Origin: a phage
Reading direction: 5' to 3' (one strand)
Sequence record: PZ179883.1
Length of the DNA stretch: 64,000 nt
The notes beneath the pieces were generated by a model. That model searched no databases. It saw only the letters and a program-made list of their open reading frames with translations, and had not been told where the DNA came from. A program made the position numbers and the translations under genes. Below, one piece after another: positions 1 to 8,630 of this stretch (position 1 is the first letter of the stretch; every line of letters begins with the position of its first letter).

Positions 1-2
1 CG

Positions 3-662
3 GGAGAGCGTGTTCCATATAATGGTGAATACGCTCTTATCCGTGGTAATATTTCCGGTGGTGCATGGGTAGACTGGCGAGATCGTCCGGCTGGATTGTT
101 GGTAGACTGTCAGGACTCACGAAATCAAGCATATAACATTTGGAAAGCTACTCATTGGGGCGAACAGCACCTTGCGGCGATGGGTGTTCATGCTGGCGGT
201 GGTAATCCTCATGTTGTATTGCATGTGGGTGGGAATGATTATGCATTTGCATCTAACGGTGATTTTACTGCTGGTGCTGCTGTATATTGTAACGACGTTT
301 ATATTCGTTCTGACCGTCGTCTGAAAATTAATGTTGAAGACTACGAAGAAAATGCGGTGGATAAGGTAAATAAACTCAAAGTTAAAACCTATGATAAAGT
401 TAAATCTCTTTCTGACCGCGAAGTTATCGGCCATGAGATTGGTATTATCGCACAGGATTTGCAAGAAGTATTACCGGAAGCTGTTAGCACTTCTAGTGTC
501 GGATCTCAGGATAACCCAGAAGAAATTTTAACAATTTCAAACTCTGCTGTGAACGCGCTTTTAATTAAGGCCATTCAGGAAATGAGCGAAGAAATTAAAG
601 AATTGAAAACGCCTCTCTTTACTAAAATTGCTCGCAAAATTAGTAAATATTTTAAATTCTAA
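3..662 (+). CDS. 37: Long tail fibre distal subunit gp37, C-terminal fragment (5' end lies outside window)
   Basis: Frame is open from window start (ORF track starts at an internal TTG at 96); sits directly upstream of gene 38 and t as in T-even phages; C-terminal motif IGIIAQDLQEV resembles tail-fibre intramolecular chaperone domains. Confidence 0.8.
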   Translation, partial: GERVPYNGEYALIRGNISGGAWVDWRDRPAGLLVDCQDSRNQAYNIWKATHWGEQHLAAMGVHAGGGNPHVVLHVGGNDYAFASNGDFTAGAAVYCNDVYIRSDRRLKINVEDYEENAVDKVNKLKVKTYDKVKSLSDREVIGHEIGIIAQDLQEVLPEAVSTSSVGSQDNPEEILTISNSAVNALLIKAIQEMSEEIKELKTPLFTKIARKISKYFKF

Positions 663-668
663 CAACAA

Positions 669-683
669 GGGGGAAATGCCCCC
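669..683 (+). other. GC stem-loop (GGGGG-AAATG-CCCCC) between genes 37 and 38
   Basis: Perfect 5-bp G/C stem seen directly after the gene 37 stop; followed only by TTT and then the gene 38 SD, so more likely a stability/attenuation element than a full terminator. Confidence 0.4.
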
Positions 684-698
684 TTTGGAGTATAAATT

Positions 699-1481
699 AT
701 GGCAGTAGTTGGAGTTCCTGGCTGGATTGGAAGTTCAGCCGTAAATGAAACGGGCCAGCGCTGGATGAGTCAAGCAGCTGGTCAATTAAGATTGGGTGTT
801 CCTTGCTGGATGAGTCAATTTGCAGGTCGCTCAAGAGAAATTATTCATACACTTGGAGCAGACCATAACTTCAACGGTCAATGGTTCCGAGATAGGTGTT
901 TTGAGGCAGGTAGTACACCTATAGTGTTTAATATCACTGGAGATTTAGTATCATATTCTAAAGATGTTCCTTTATTCTTCATGTACGGAGATACACCGAA
1001 TGAATATGTTCAACTGAATATACACGGTGTAACGATGTATGGCCGTGGCGGGAATGGCGGTAGCAATAGTCCTGGCTCAGCTGGGGGTCATTGTATTCAA
1101 AATGATATTGGTGGGAGACTAAGAATTAATAATGGCGGAGCTATTGCTGGCGGCGGTGGCGGCGGCGGTGGCGGATATTATTCTCCTTTTTCACAAATGA
1201 GATTGACCTTTGGCGGTGGCGGCGGTCGTCCGTTTGGCGCTCCGGGCGGATCTATTGATATGCAATCAGGAGCAACTGCTGGTACTATTTCTGCGCCAGG
1301 CGCAGGGTCTGTGAACGGTATCTATAACGGCGGGTCTGGTGGTGAAGTTGGATCCGCAGGGGGTAGATGTAATATTCGTGGTCAAGGATATGAATACGAT
1401 GGCGGTGCTGCTGGTTATGCCGTCATAGGGTCTACACCGACATGGCAAAACGTTGGAGCAATATATGGTCCAAGAGTATAA
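699..1481 (+). CDS. 38: gp38 receptor-recognising tail-fibre adhesin, T2/T6 type (260 aa) with glycine-rich motifs
   Basis: SD GGAG 9 nt upstream of ATG; several poly-Gly tracts ([23 protein letters not shown]) separated by variable segments; position between 37 and t. Confidence 0.85.
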   Translation: MAVVGVPGWIGSSAVNETGQRWMSQAAGQLRLGVPCWMSQFAGRSREIIHTLGADHNFNGQWFRDRCFEAGSTPIVFNITGDLVSYSKDVPLFFMYGDTPNEYVQLNIHGVTMYGRGGNGGSNSPGSAGGHCIQNDIGGRLRINNGGAIAGGGGGGGGGYYSPFSQMRLTFGGGGGRPFGAPGGSIDMQSGATAGTISAPGAGSVNGIYNGGSGGEVGSAGGRCNIRGQGYEYDGGAAGYAVIGSTPTWQNVGAIYGPRV

Positions 1482-1512
1482 TTTTGAATAAATATCCTTA
1501 AAAGGAGGGTCT

Positions 1513-2169
1513 ATGGCAGCACCTAGAATATCATTTTCGCCCTCTGATATTCTGTTGGGTGTTCTAGATCGCTTGTTCAAAGATAACGCTACCGGGAATG
1601 TTCTTGCTTCCCGGGTAGCTGTCGTAATTCTTTTATTTATGATGGCGATTGTTTGGTATAGGGGAGATAGTTTCTTTGAGTACTATAAGCAATCAAAGTA
1701 TGAAACATACAGTGAAATTATTGAAAAGGAAAGAAATGCACGCTTTGAATCTGTCGCCCTGGAACAACTCCAGATAGTTCACATATCATCTGAGGCAGAC
1801 TTTAGTGCGGTGTATTCTTTCCGCCCTAAAAACTTAAACTATTTTGTTGATATTATAGCATATGAAGGAAAATTACCTTCAACAATAAGTGAAAAATCAC
1901 TTGGAGGATATCCTGTTGATAAAACTATGGATGAATATGCAGTTCATTTAAATGGACGTCATTATTATTCCGACTCAAAATTTGCTTTTTTACCAACTAA
2001 AAAGCCTACTCCCGAAATAAATTACATGTACAGTTGTCCATATTTCAATTTGGATAATATCTATGCTGGAACAATAACCATGTACTGGTATAGAAATGAT
2101 CATATAAGTAATGACCGCCTTGAATCAATATGTGCTCAGGCGGCCAGAATATTAGGAAGGGCTAAATAA
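1513..2169 (+). CDS. t: Holin T (218 aa)
   Basis: SD AAGGAGG; protein near-identical to recalled T4 holin T (MAAPRISFSPSDIL...), N-terminal TM segment, 218 aa. Confidence 0.95.
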   Translation: MAAPRISFSPSDILLGVLDRLFKDNATGNVLASRVAVVILLFMMAIVWYRGDSFFEYYKQSKYETYSEIIEKERNARFESVALEQLQIVHISSEADFSAVYSFRPKNLNYFVDIIAYEGKLPSTISEKSLGGYPVDKTMDEYAVHLNGRHYYSDSKFAFLPTKKPTPEINYMYSCPYFNLDNIYAGTITMYWYRNDHISNDRLESICAQAARILGRAK

Positions 2170-2442
2170 TTATTTGTTCGTATACATCTCTAGATATCGA
2201 TATACACCCTCAAAACCCTCGTTGAATTCGTCGATGAGGGTTTTCTTATCTTCTTGAGTTAATTCAGAAACAATTTTGCGGAATGAATTCTGATTTAACT
2301 TTCTACCTTCATGTGTTACTCCAATCTCATTCAGAAATGCAATAAAATTAGCACGATTTTCAACAATATCTTCTCTGGAAAATTTAATCAAAATAGACGC
2401 AACAGTAATAATTTCACGAACTGTATCAATGTTTTTATTCAT
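2170..2442 (-). CDS. asiA: Anti-sigma70 factor AsiA (90 aa)
   Basis: Translation MNKNIDTVREIITVASILIKFSREDIVENRANF... matches recalled T4 AsiA; stop codon abuts the t stop codon. Confidence 0.95.
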   Translation of the reverse strand: MNKNIDTVREIITVASILIKFSREDIVENRANFIAFLNEIGVTHEGRKLNQNSFRKIVSELTQEDKKTLIDEFNEGFEGVYRYLEMYTNK

Positions 2443-2454
2443 TAACTATACCAC

Positions 2455-2607
2455 TCAATTAGTTGACTTTACTATAATATCATCAGACGCTTGATTTGTA
2501 AACTGGTCTGTGTTATTTTCTTCAAAAATTTTTTCTACGAATTCTTTGAACGACTCACGTTCCTGAGCTACATTATGCTCGATTACCTTTTCAAGATTAT
2601 GACTCAT
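2455..2607 (-). CDS. Small acidic hypothetical protein (50 aa), not in ORF track
   Basis: ATG overlaps arn stop (ATGA); ORF MSHNLEKVIEHNVAQERESFKEF... found by manual translation; contains the asiA promoter, so uncertain. Confidence 0.3.
   Translation of the reverse strand: MSHNLEKVIEHNVAQERESFKEFVEKIFEENNTDQFTNQASDDIIVKSTN
2470..2505 (-). promoter_or_regulatory. T4-type early promoter upstream of asiA
   Basis: On - strand: GTTTAC, ~18 bp spacer, TGATATTAT extended -10; about 30 nt upstream of the asiA ATG. Confidence 0.55.
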
Positions 2608-2882
2608 TCGAAATAATCTTCAATTTCGTAATCATGGACGTAAATCATTATAGTTTTTAATACATCATCAATACTTTTTCCTGGAGCTGGAATTACGTAA
2701 AAATATCCTGCTTTTGAGAGGTCTTTATAAGTTCCAACCAAGAAATCATTATTCTCAAGATGTAGTTCTTCAACTAATTCATTAACAATTGAGTGGTATA
2801 AATTTGGTAGAAACTTATATAGCTTTTCTAGAATATCAATTTTGATTGTGTATTGAACCACGGACTGAGAATCAATAATCAT
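2604..2882 (-). CDS. arn: Arn, anti-restriction nuclease (McrBC inhibitor), 92 aa
   Basis: 92 aa acidic protein at the T4 arn position between asiA and motA; size matches T4 Arn; sequence identity not verified. Confidence 0.65.
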   Translation of the reverse strand: MIIDSQSVVQYTIKIDILEKLYKFLPNLYHSIVNELVEELHLENNDFLVGTYKDLSKAGYFYVIPAPGKSIDDVLKTIMIYVHDYEIEDYFE

Positions 2883-2965
2883 AGACCTTCCCCTTATGTT
2901 TCTGTTTGCGATTAGATTCTTTAAACGCTTTCTTCTTATCCTTATGAACAGAAGCTTTATTAAAA

Positions 2966-3184
2966 TTATGCTTTGCGACTAAATTGTTCATAGTGCTGAA
3001 TCACCTCTCTTAAACATTTGCATGTGAATGAAAACTTTTTAGCTACACCACATTCAAATATATGTTCTCTTAAATCACGTGTATCAGTATATCCCATCTC
3101 AACAATAAAATGCCGTATTAGATTTTTATCTTTATCATTGAGAGAGTTAAAATAATCGGATTTTGAATTAATTTCCCTGGCCAA
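2966..3184 (-). CDS. Hypothetical protein (72 aa), arn.x region
   Basis: ORF in the co-directional arn-motA block; overlaps next ORF. Confidence 0.5.
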   Translation of the reverse strand: MAREINSKSDYFNSLNDKDKNLIRHFIVEMGYTDTRDLREHIFECGVAKKFSFTCKCLREVIQHYEQFSRKA

Positions 3185-3464
3185 ATTGAATCACCTTCAG
3201 TTGACGTTTTAGTTCTTTTATCATTTCTTCGTTCATCGCAATATAAAGATCGCGTAAAGCAAGTTTTAGCATTCCATTTACTGGATAACTAAATGGGCAT
3301 ACATAATCTTTTCCTACGAGCTTTTTAGTGAATTCCATATCACAGAACTGAAATGCCGGTTCATTTGTATAAATTCCCCAATTAGTTGACATCATTTTAT
3401 TGGCATATTCCAACGCCTGGATTTGATTCTTAATTCCATCAATTTGAAACTTTTTAATATTCAT
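3168..3464 (-). CDS. Hypothetical protein (98 aa)
   Basis: Tightly packed ORF, stop abuts start of downstream ORF. Confidence 0.5.
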   Translation of the reverse strand: MNIKKFQIDGIKNQIQALEYANKMMSTNWGIYTNEPAFQFCDMEFTKKLVGKDYVCPFSYPVNGMLKLALRDLYIAMNEEMIKELKRQLKVIQFGQGN

Positions 3465-3931
3465 TAGTAAAGGTCCTCAGAGTAAAGTTCTTTTTCACTA
3501 CCACCACGTTCAATACGCACTTGTCCAGCGTAAGTTGCAATAATCATTGCTTCTTCACGTGTCCAGTAATTGCTATACTGGTCAATAAATCCTTGGTCTT
3601 CACCACAAACATGGTCTGATACAAGTTTATCACTTACCTGGTCAAGAACTTCAGCCATATCTTTAGAATAATGACGAGCACCAGGAATAACCAGAGTCCC
3701 ACCATCTTTTAACTTAAAGCGGTTGGCTGCACACACAATTCGACGTTGATATTTTTCATTATTGTTCCAATGAGCTACTTGCCAACAGATTTCAGGAACC
3801 TCTTCTAAAACATCCTCTTCCGTATATTCGGTGTAGTCGCCATAGGCCTGTAATTTAGCTGCTAGACTTTCTGGAGTTTCACGTAATAAAGCCAGGTCTA
3901 ATAATTCAAGACGCTCTTTGAAGGTTTTCAT
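3464..3931 (-). CDS. Hypothetical protein (155 aa)
   Basis: ORF with ATGA coupling to neighbours; no recognisable motif. Confidence 0.55.
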   Translation of the reverse strand: MKTFKERLELLDLALLRETPESLAAKLQAYGDYTEYTEEDVLEEVPEICWQVAHWNNNEKYQRRIVCAANRFKLKDGGTLVIPGARHYSKDMAEVLDQVSDKLVSDHVCGEDQGFIDQYSNYWTREEAMIIATYAGQVRIERGGSEKELYSEDLY

Positions 3932-4083
3932 TTGGTTTCCTCAACACTTTTAATTTTTATAGCTTGTTTAGAACTTTCAAAGCATTGACAATATACTCTT
4001 ACCGCATCAAACTGGTTGGCCGCTTTAAGATGGACTACACCTTCGCCGTTATAAAATTCTACGACAATTTTAAATGTTTTCAT
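3928..4083 (-). CDS. Small hypothetical protein (51 aa), not in ORF track
   Basis: Manual translation [51 protein letters not shown]; ATGA overlaps at both ends. Confidence 0.35.
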   Translation of the reverse strand: MKTFKIVVEFYNGEGVVHLKAANQFDAVRVYCQCFESSKQAIKIKSVEETK

Positions 4084-4409
4084 TTAAACCATCCTTTAAT
4101 ACGTTGCCATAAAGTTTTCTGTTGAGCTTTGTTAACACCAATTGAGCGAATAACTGGTTGAGATTCATGGAATTCTTTATAATCAGCAAGGTAAATTTCG
4201 TAAGCTGAATCCATAAAGGAACTTATAGCTGCCATGAAATTATTGCGAATACCTACTGGAGCATCTTTACTTTCACGAATAATCATGTATTTGCCAGTCT
4301 TAATCTTTACAATAGTTCCAAGATAAGCCCCATGGTACCAGATGTCCCACCCCTCCTGAGTGGGTTCTGCACAACGACGAAGTTCATTGACAATTTCTAA
4401 CTTGTTCAT
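4080..4409 (-). CDS. Hypothetical protein (109 aa)
   Basis: ORF between motA and arn block. Confidence 0.55.
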   Translation of the reverse strand: MNKLEIVNELRRCAEPTQEGWDIWYHGAYLGTIVKIKTGKYMIIRESKDAPVGIRNNFMAAISSFMDSAYEIYLADYKEFHESQPVIRSIGVNKAQQKTLWQRIKGWFK

Positions 4410-4419
4410 TATTTATTCC

Positions 4420-5055
4420 TCACAGTTCAGATGCTACAGTGATTACAGCTTCAATGTTTTCTGCCGAGCGTTTAATGTCAAGATACACATTACCGTTTTT
4501 AGCGATTTTACATGACATTCCGATGTCAGTAAATTTCTGAATATGATGTTCCATCATTTTGTATCCAAAAATTCGCATATTTCCATTGTTGTTAATTTCA
4601 AAATTACGAATTCCGTGAGTGCGTTTTTCTAAAATAGCGAGATAGTTACTGCGGTAAGTTTCAACCTTTTTAAGAACAAATCCATTTTCATCTAAAAGTT
4701 TTAACATGAAGTCTTTATCTTCTTCCATATCAGAAGTAATTTCGCGAGCTTTACGAGTTGCTCGTTTTTTCAGCAGTTCCGGAGCGTTTTCCTGTGCGTA
4801 TAAAGTTGCTGCATTTGAAATAATATCCTGAGCTTCACCAGTAATGATTAATCCATCACCAGATTTCTCCACCAGGCCTTTTTTAATCAATACCCCAATA
4901 TTACTATTAACTACTGCATTACCTAAATCTGGATGCGCCTCACGAACTTCTGCAGCTGTAATGAAATCTTTCTTAGCAATGGTAATTAAAATCGCAGCAG
5001 TTTTTTCATTCAGAATATCGTTAGAAGCTTTGATGATGTAAGTTACTTTAGACAT
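4420..5055 (-). CDS. motA: MotA, middle-transcription activator (211 aa)
   Basis: Translation MSKVTYIIKASNDILNEKTAAILITIAKKDF... matches recalled T4 MotA, 211 aa. Confidence 0.95.
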   Translation of the reverse strand: MSKVTYIIKASNDILNEKTAAILITIAKKDFITAAEVREAHPDLGNAVVNSNIGVLIKKGLVEKSGDGLIITGEAQDIISNAATLYAQENAPELLKKRATRKAREITSDMEEDKDFMLKLLDENGFVLKKVETYRSNYLAILEKRTHGIRNFEINNNGNMRIFGYKMMEHHIQKFTDIGMSCKIAKNGNVYLDIKRSAENIEAVITVASEL

Positions 5056-5087
5056 TTTAATCTCCGTTTCAGTTCATTTATTTGATA

Positions 5088-5125
5088 GGTCTATAATATC
5101 ATGTTTAAAGCAGAAGTAAACACTT
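5088..5125 (-). promoter_or_regulatory. T4-type early promoter upstream of motA
   Basis: GTTTAC, spacer, TGATATTAT on - strand, about 35 nt upstream of the motA ATG. Confidence 0.5.
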
Positions 5126-5160
5126 TTTTGCACTCTTTTTCAAGAGCTCTAATAAAGTAC

Positions 5161-5388
5161 TTACTTAATGTTCAGATTACGAACTTCGATTTCGTCTTCA
5201 TGGGCAAAATCAAACTGTTTGAATTCTGTGTCACCTTTAAATTTAAAAATCATTGTGAAGAAAGTCAGAACACCAGGTTTTTCTTCACGAACTCCACAGA
5301 TATCATATTCAATACCATCTACAACCAGTTTGTTAGCAGTCAGAGCATTTTTAGCTTTAACGATTTCGTTTTCGATTTTAAATTTCAT
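5161..5388 (-). CDS. Hypothetical protein (75 aa), motA.1 position
   Basis: ORF immediately downstream of an early promoter. Confidence 0.6.
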   Translation of the reverse strand: MKFKIENEIVKAKNALTANKLVVDGIEYDICGVREEKPGVLTFFTMIFKFKGDTEFKQFDFAHEDEIEVRNLNIK

Positions 5389-5434
5389 TTTTTGTATCTC
5401 CGGGTTGTTTGTTTCAGTTCATTTAGTTGATAGT

Positions 5435-5490
5435 TGTATAGTACCACAGTATGCTTTGGTTGTAAACCGTTTTGTGAAAAAATTTTAAAA
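5435..5490 (-). promoter_or_regulatory. T4-type early promoter with A/T-rich UP element
   Basis: GTTTAC (rc of 5462-5467), TGGTACTAT extended -10 (rc of 5439-5447), A/T tract upstream. Confidence 0.6.
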
Positions 5491-5518
5491 TAAAAAAAGG
5501 GAGAGCCGAGGCTCTCCC
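5491..5518 (-). terminator. Rho-independent terminator
   Basis: Stem GGGAGAGCC / GGCTCTCCC with 3-nt loop, followed on - strand by a U-run (A-run on + at 5491-5498). Confidence 0.7.
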
Positions 5519-5523
5519 TAAAA

Positions 5524-5673
5524 TTACTGCATGACTGTGATAACTGTCATGATAACGCGTTGAATTCCGAACGCAAGAAGACCTCCTGCTACGGCTGGAA
5601 CAACACCTAAACCCGCCAGTAAAATGCTACCAGATACTAATGCCGCGCTTGTAATACCTATGAATGGACTCAT
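5524..5673 (-). CDS. Small hydrophobic membrane protein (49 aa), not in ORF track
   Basis: ATG overlaps gene 52 stop (ATGA); translation MSPFIGITSAALVSGSILLAGLGVVPAVAGGLLAFGIQRVIMTVITVMQ. Confidence 0.4.
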   Translation of the reverse strand: MSPFIGITSAALVSGSILLAGLGVVPAVAGGLLAFGIQRVIMTVITVMQ

Positions 5674-6998
5674 TTGATTTCCTCTAAATCTTTAGTGTAT
5701 TCTGTAACTACATCAGTAGTTTTCCAATATTCGTTTTCTTCTTTTTTGGCTTTAGCTTCTTCAGCAAGTTTCTTTGCTTCGTCGGAAGTCATATGAAAAA
5801 TGTTCATTCCAACTAGTTTATCAACATAAGAAGAATACATATCAATTTTAGAAAGTTCTTCGGTCAGTTCTTTGCGAGTTTTACCTTGTACAACAATTTC
5901 ACCTGAAATTACTTTCTTAATGAAATGTGCCTTGGCAAAAGCTAAACGAAATGCTGATTCAGTTTCTTTGATTTTGTTATCAATTCGTTTTTGGACATAA
6001 GTTTTACGAACTTCAACGAAGTCTTTGATTAAATTAACTACATTATCGTAAACTTGCAGCTTTCCTTTCTCATTAATGACGGTAATATTCTGGGAACGAC
6101 GCTCAATCAACCCGAAGTCTTTCATAATTTTTGCATGGCGTTCTTCTTCATTATCGCTCAAAGAGTATTCTTTTCGGAATTTAACTTTGAAGCCAAAGCC
6201 ATGCTCACCACAAGCATCATCCCATGTAATGAAGCCTTTATCTTCAAGCGGGTCTAAGATTTTACTCACATAAGTTTCACGATCATACTTATATGGAATC
6301 TCAGTGATATGCATTTGAGTTCGTGAAGTAAACTTATATGTTCCACGAATTTCATATTGCCCATCAATTTCAACGACTTCACCACGAAATTCTGGGAATT
6401 CTACCTTCGGTTTAGTTACTTTCTTTCCTTGAAGAGCTTGCAGTACAGCTTTCTTGACAGAAGAAACACTATGAGGAAGAATGTAAGTTGCATAACCAGT
6501 TGCAATACCGGAAACGCCATTAAGAAGAACAGTAGGAATAATAGGCAAATAGAAAGCAGGCGGAATGTGTTCTTTATCTTGATGTACTGGAGCATATTCA
6601 GTATCTTTATATACGTTATAGAAATTTTTACTTACACGAGCAAAAATATAACGACTTGCTGCTGCCTTTTGGACAGTACGAGAACCAAAGTTTCCTTGAC
6701 CGTCTAACAGAGGAAAGTTATTATTCCAAGTGTTAGCCATCAAAGCACCTGCGTCTTGTGCAGAGTTTTCACCATGATGATATCCAAGGTCCGCTACACC
6801 GCCTGCGATAGAAGCGAGTTTGTGAAACTTATCTTTATTTCCTCGTGCCAAATCAAGAGCTCGAGCAATAACAAATCGTTGAACTGGCTTAAATCCGTCA
6901 ATCATATTTGGAATGGCACGATTTTCAACCGTGTACATAGCATAAGCCAATGCTTCATTATCAATGATACTTTTTAAATCACGATTATTCAGTTGCAT
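5670..6998 (-). CDS. 52: DNA topoisomerase II medium subunit gp52 (GyrA-like), 442 aa
   Basis: 442 aa; translation matches recalled T4 gp52; position between motA and ndd. Confidence 0.95.
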   Translation of the reverse strand: MQLNNRDLKSIIDNEALAYAMYTVENRAIPNMIDGFKPVQRFVIARALDLARGNKDKFHKLASIAGGVADLGYHHGENSAQDAGALMANTWNNNFPLLDGQGNFGSRTVQKAAASRYIFARVSKNFYNVYKDTEYAPVHQDKEHIPPAFYLPIIPTVLLNGVSGIATGYATYILPHSVSSVKKAVLQALQGKKVTKPKVEFPEFRGEVVEIDGQYEIRGTYKFTSRTQMHITEIPYKYDRETYVSKILDPLEDKGFITWDDACGEHGFGFKVKFRKEYSLSDNEEERHAKIMKDFGLIERRSQNITVINEKGKLQVYDNVVNLIKDFVEVRKTYVQKRIDNKIKETESAFRLAFAKAHFIKKVISGEIVVQGKTRKELTEELSKIDMYSSYVDKLVGMNIFHMTSDEAKKLAEEAKAKKEENEYWKTTDVVTEYTKDLEEIK

Positions 6999-7002
6999 AA
7001 AT

Positions 7003-7143
7003 TTACCATACTAGTGAATGTAGTGCCATAATAACATCAGAAATGAAAAGCACGACTTGAATTAATCCGAACATTATTCCGTAATATAATGCTATCAATA
7101 AAATAGCAAGGGCTAATGAATAGCCCAAGATTTTCTTAATCAT
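7003..7143 (-). CDS. Small hydrophobic protein (46 aa), 52.1-like, not in ORF track
   Basis: Manual translation MIKKILGYSLALAILLIALYYGIMFGLIQVVLFISDVIMALHSLVW; start overlaps upstream small ORF. Confidence 0.35.
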   Translation of the reverse strand: MIKKILGYSLALAILLIALYYGIMFGLIQVVLFISDVIMALHSLVW

Positions 7144-7294
7144 TAGTAGATAACAACACAAATGTTAAATATGCACACATACCCTGAGCTAAAGCTTGCG
7201 AAAACACACTGCTGGCATCAATACAGATAGTTAAAACACATGCTACTATCCAACAAATAAATGAAATAACTCCTAATAATTTTGCGATATTCAT
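7136..7294 (-). CDS. Small membrane protein (52 aa), candidate Ac (acridine sensitivity) homologue
   Basis: Manual translation MNIAKLLGVISFICWIVACVLTICIDASSVFSQALAQGMCAYLTFVLLSTND; size and position match T4 ac; identity not verified. Confidence 0.35.
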   Translation of the reverse strand: MNIAKLLGVISFICWIVACVLTICIDASSVFSQALAQGMCAYLTFVLLSTND

Positions 7295-7301
7295 ATTTTC
7301 C

Positions 7302-7382
7302 TCACTGGCGTCCGAAGACGCCTTTAGTTTTAAGATTATTACGATAGAACTGCATCACGTGTTCGTTGTGGAAATTACTCAT
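7302..7382 (-). CDS. stp: Stp peptide (26 aa), activator of host PrrC anticodon nuclease
   Basis: Manual translation [26 protein letters not shown] matches recalled T4 Stp exactly; ATG overlaps ndd stop (TAATG). Confidence 0.85.
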
Positions 7383-7840
7383 TAATATGCCTGCAAAACG
7401 AATTTAAAATTATCAGCCAACATACGGTTCATTTCTTCAAGTGTTTGATACTCAGAATGATGATTACGAGTAAACGCTAAAGCTAACTGTCCTTTTCCAA
7501 ATCCCGTCGTCAAAGGTTTCATCTTAGAAGCAGGCAGATAAAATACTGTGTATGGAACATTGTTATTTGCAATAGTACGTGCAAGCTGAGACCGACGTTG
7601 ACGAATATGACTTAGAACTGCACTGAATCCTTGCTTAGAACGCTGATTACCTACATAAAATCGTGCAGACACGCATGGATTACTAAATGGACGACCATCT
7701 AATTTACTCACTAAAAAGTAAAATCCAGGTTTAGATAAAAAGTCTTTATGCGGAGTTCCCAAAAACCATTCACCGTTCTTGATTGTACCAATAACGGTAG
7801 CGCCCGCATTATTCAGATCAGTAGCAGTCATATATTTCAT
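7382..7840 (-). CDS. ndd: Ndd, host nucleoid disruption protein (152 aa)
   Basis: Translation [34 protein letters not shown]... matches recalled T4 Ndd; ORF-track start at 7888 rejected, ATG at 7840 has SD GAGGAAA. Confidence 0.9.
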
Positions 7841-7900
7841 ATTAATTTCCTCTAAATTATTTTCTACTCCAAGGCCGCATGAATACACGCAGCCATTAAA

Positions 7901-8116
7901 TTAATCGTCGCAGTCGACGCTCAATTCCCAAAACTCTTCTACGATATAAGTTTCAGTATCATTTTCAATACAGAAACGTTCATTACTGTTATTTGCTAAA
8001 GTAGCATTAACTGTCGGTTTCTCGCTAGTGCTCTTAAGAGGTGAAATACGAATTAACTGATCACCATTATCTAAACAAAAAATTTCACCAACTTTTACAT
8101 CTTTAAAGATTTTCAT
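7901..8116 (-). CDS. Hypothetical protein (71 aa), ndd.x region
   Basis: ORF in co-directional block. Confidence 0.5.
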   Translation of the reverse strand: MKIFKDVKVGEIFCLDNGDQLIRISPLKSTSEKPTVNATLANNSNERFCIENDTETYIVEEFWELSVDCDD

Positions 8117-8231
8117 AATTCACCTCAAGGAGTATAAAATCCAAACGCAGTTGTTGACCATCCCATCCAATATGGGAAATTTGCGCCAATGTAAAACATA
8201 AGAATATAAAACCAACCGCTCAGCAAATTCA

Positions 8232-8450
8232 TCATTTTACACCATTCCAAATTGTTTCAACCACGGATTTTAAACCATTTTGATGAATGTCCATTCCAAC
8301 TACCGCCATCAAATAGATTCCAACTACAACTGAACCTAAGGCAAAAATCAGCATGAAAATGAATAAAGCCGGAAAAATATTATCGAAAAACCATTCAATA
8401 AATGTAAAAGCACTGCGTTTACGCTTCATATTTTCCTCACATAAATCCAA
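8232..8450 (-). CDS. Hypothetical membrane protein (72 aa)
   Basis: Hydrophobic core FPALFIFMLIFALGSVVVGIYLMAVV. Confidence 0.5.
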   Translation of the reverse strand: MDLCEENMKRKRSAFTFIEWFFDNIFPALFIFMLIFALGSVVVGIYLMAVVGMDIHQNGLKSVVETIWNGVK

Positions 8451-8550
8451 AGTAAGCGTTTAATACATCAATCATTAAAACGATTGGGAATATACTCAAA
8501 ACTACTAGTATTATAACTACATTCCATATAGCTTTAACAATCTTTTTCAT
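8437..8550 (-). CDS. Small membrane protein (37 aa)
   Basis: ORF-track ORF 8437..8685 trimmed to the ATG at 8550 because the upstream part is the promoter; MKKIVKAIWNVVIILVVLSIFPIVLMIDVLNAYFGFM. Confidence 0.35.
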   Translation of the reverse strand: MKKIVKAIWNVVIILVVLSIFPIVLMIDVLNAYFGFM

Positions 8551-8574
8551 TTTCTGTTCCTCCGTAGTTGATAG

Positions 8575-8630
8575 GGTAATAGTACCACGGAAGAACAGTC
8601 TTGTAAACAACTTTTTTAAAAATATTCGTA
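8575..8630 (-). promoter_or_regulatory. T4-type early promoter
   Basis: GTTTAC (rc 8603-8608), ~18 bp spacer, TGGTACTAT (rc 8577-8589). Confidence 0.55.

Noticed and set aside
117-464. Minus-strand 115-aa ORF antisense to gene 37
   Set aside because: Lies entirely inside the gene 37 reading frame on the opposite strand, has no SD and a low-complexity hydrophobic translation; typical antisense artefact of an AT-rich genome
686-698. TATAAATT just upstream of gene 38 as a late promoter
   Set aside because: One mismatch to TATAAATA and it ends only 1 nt before the ATG, leaving no room for a leader or SD; the GGAG SD overlaps it, so it is more likely part of the translation initiation region
5101-5488. 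Plus-strand ORFs 5101..5430 and 5168..5488 overlapping motA.1 and two promoters
   Set aside because: Antisense to a well-supported - strand gene and promoter region; no SD; translations are low complexity
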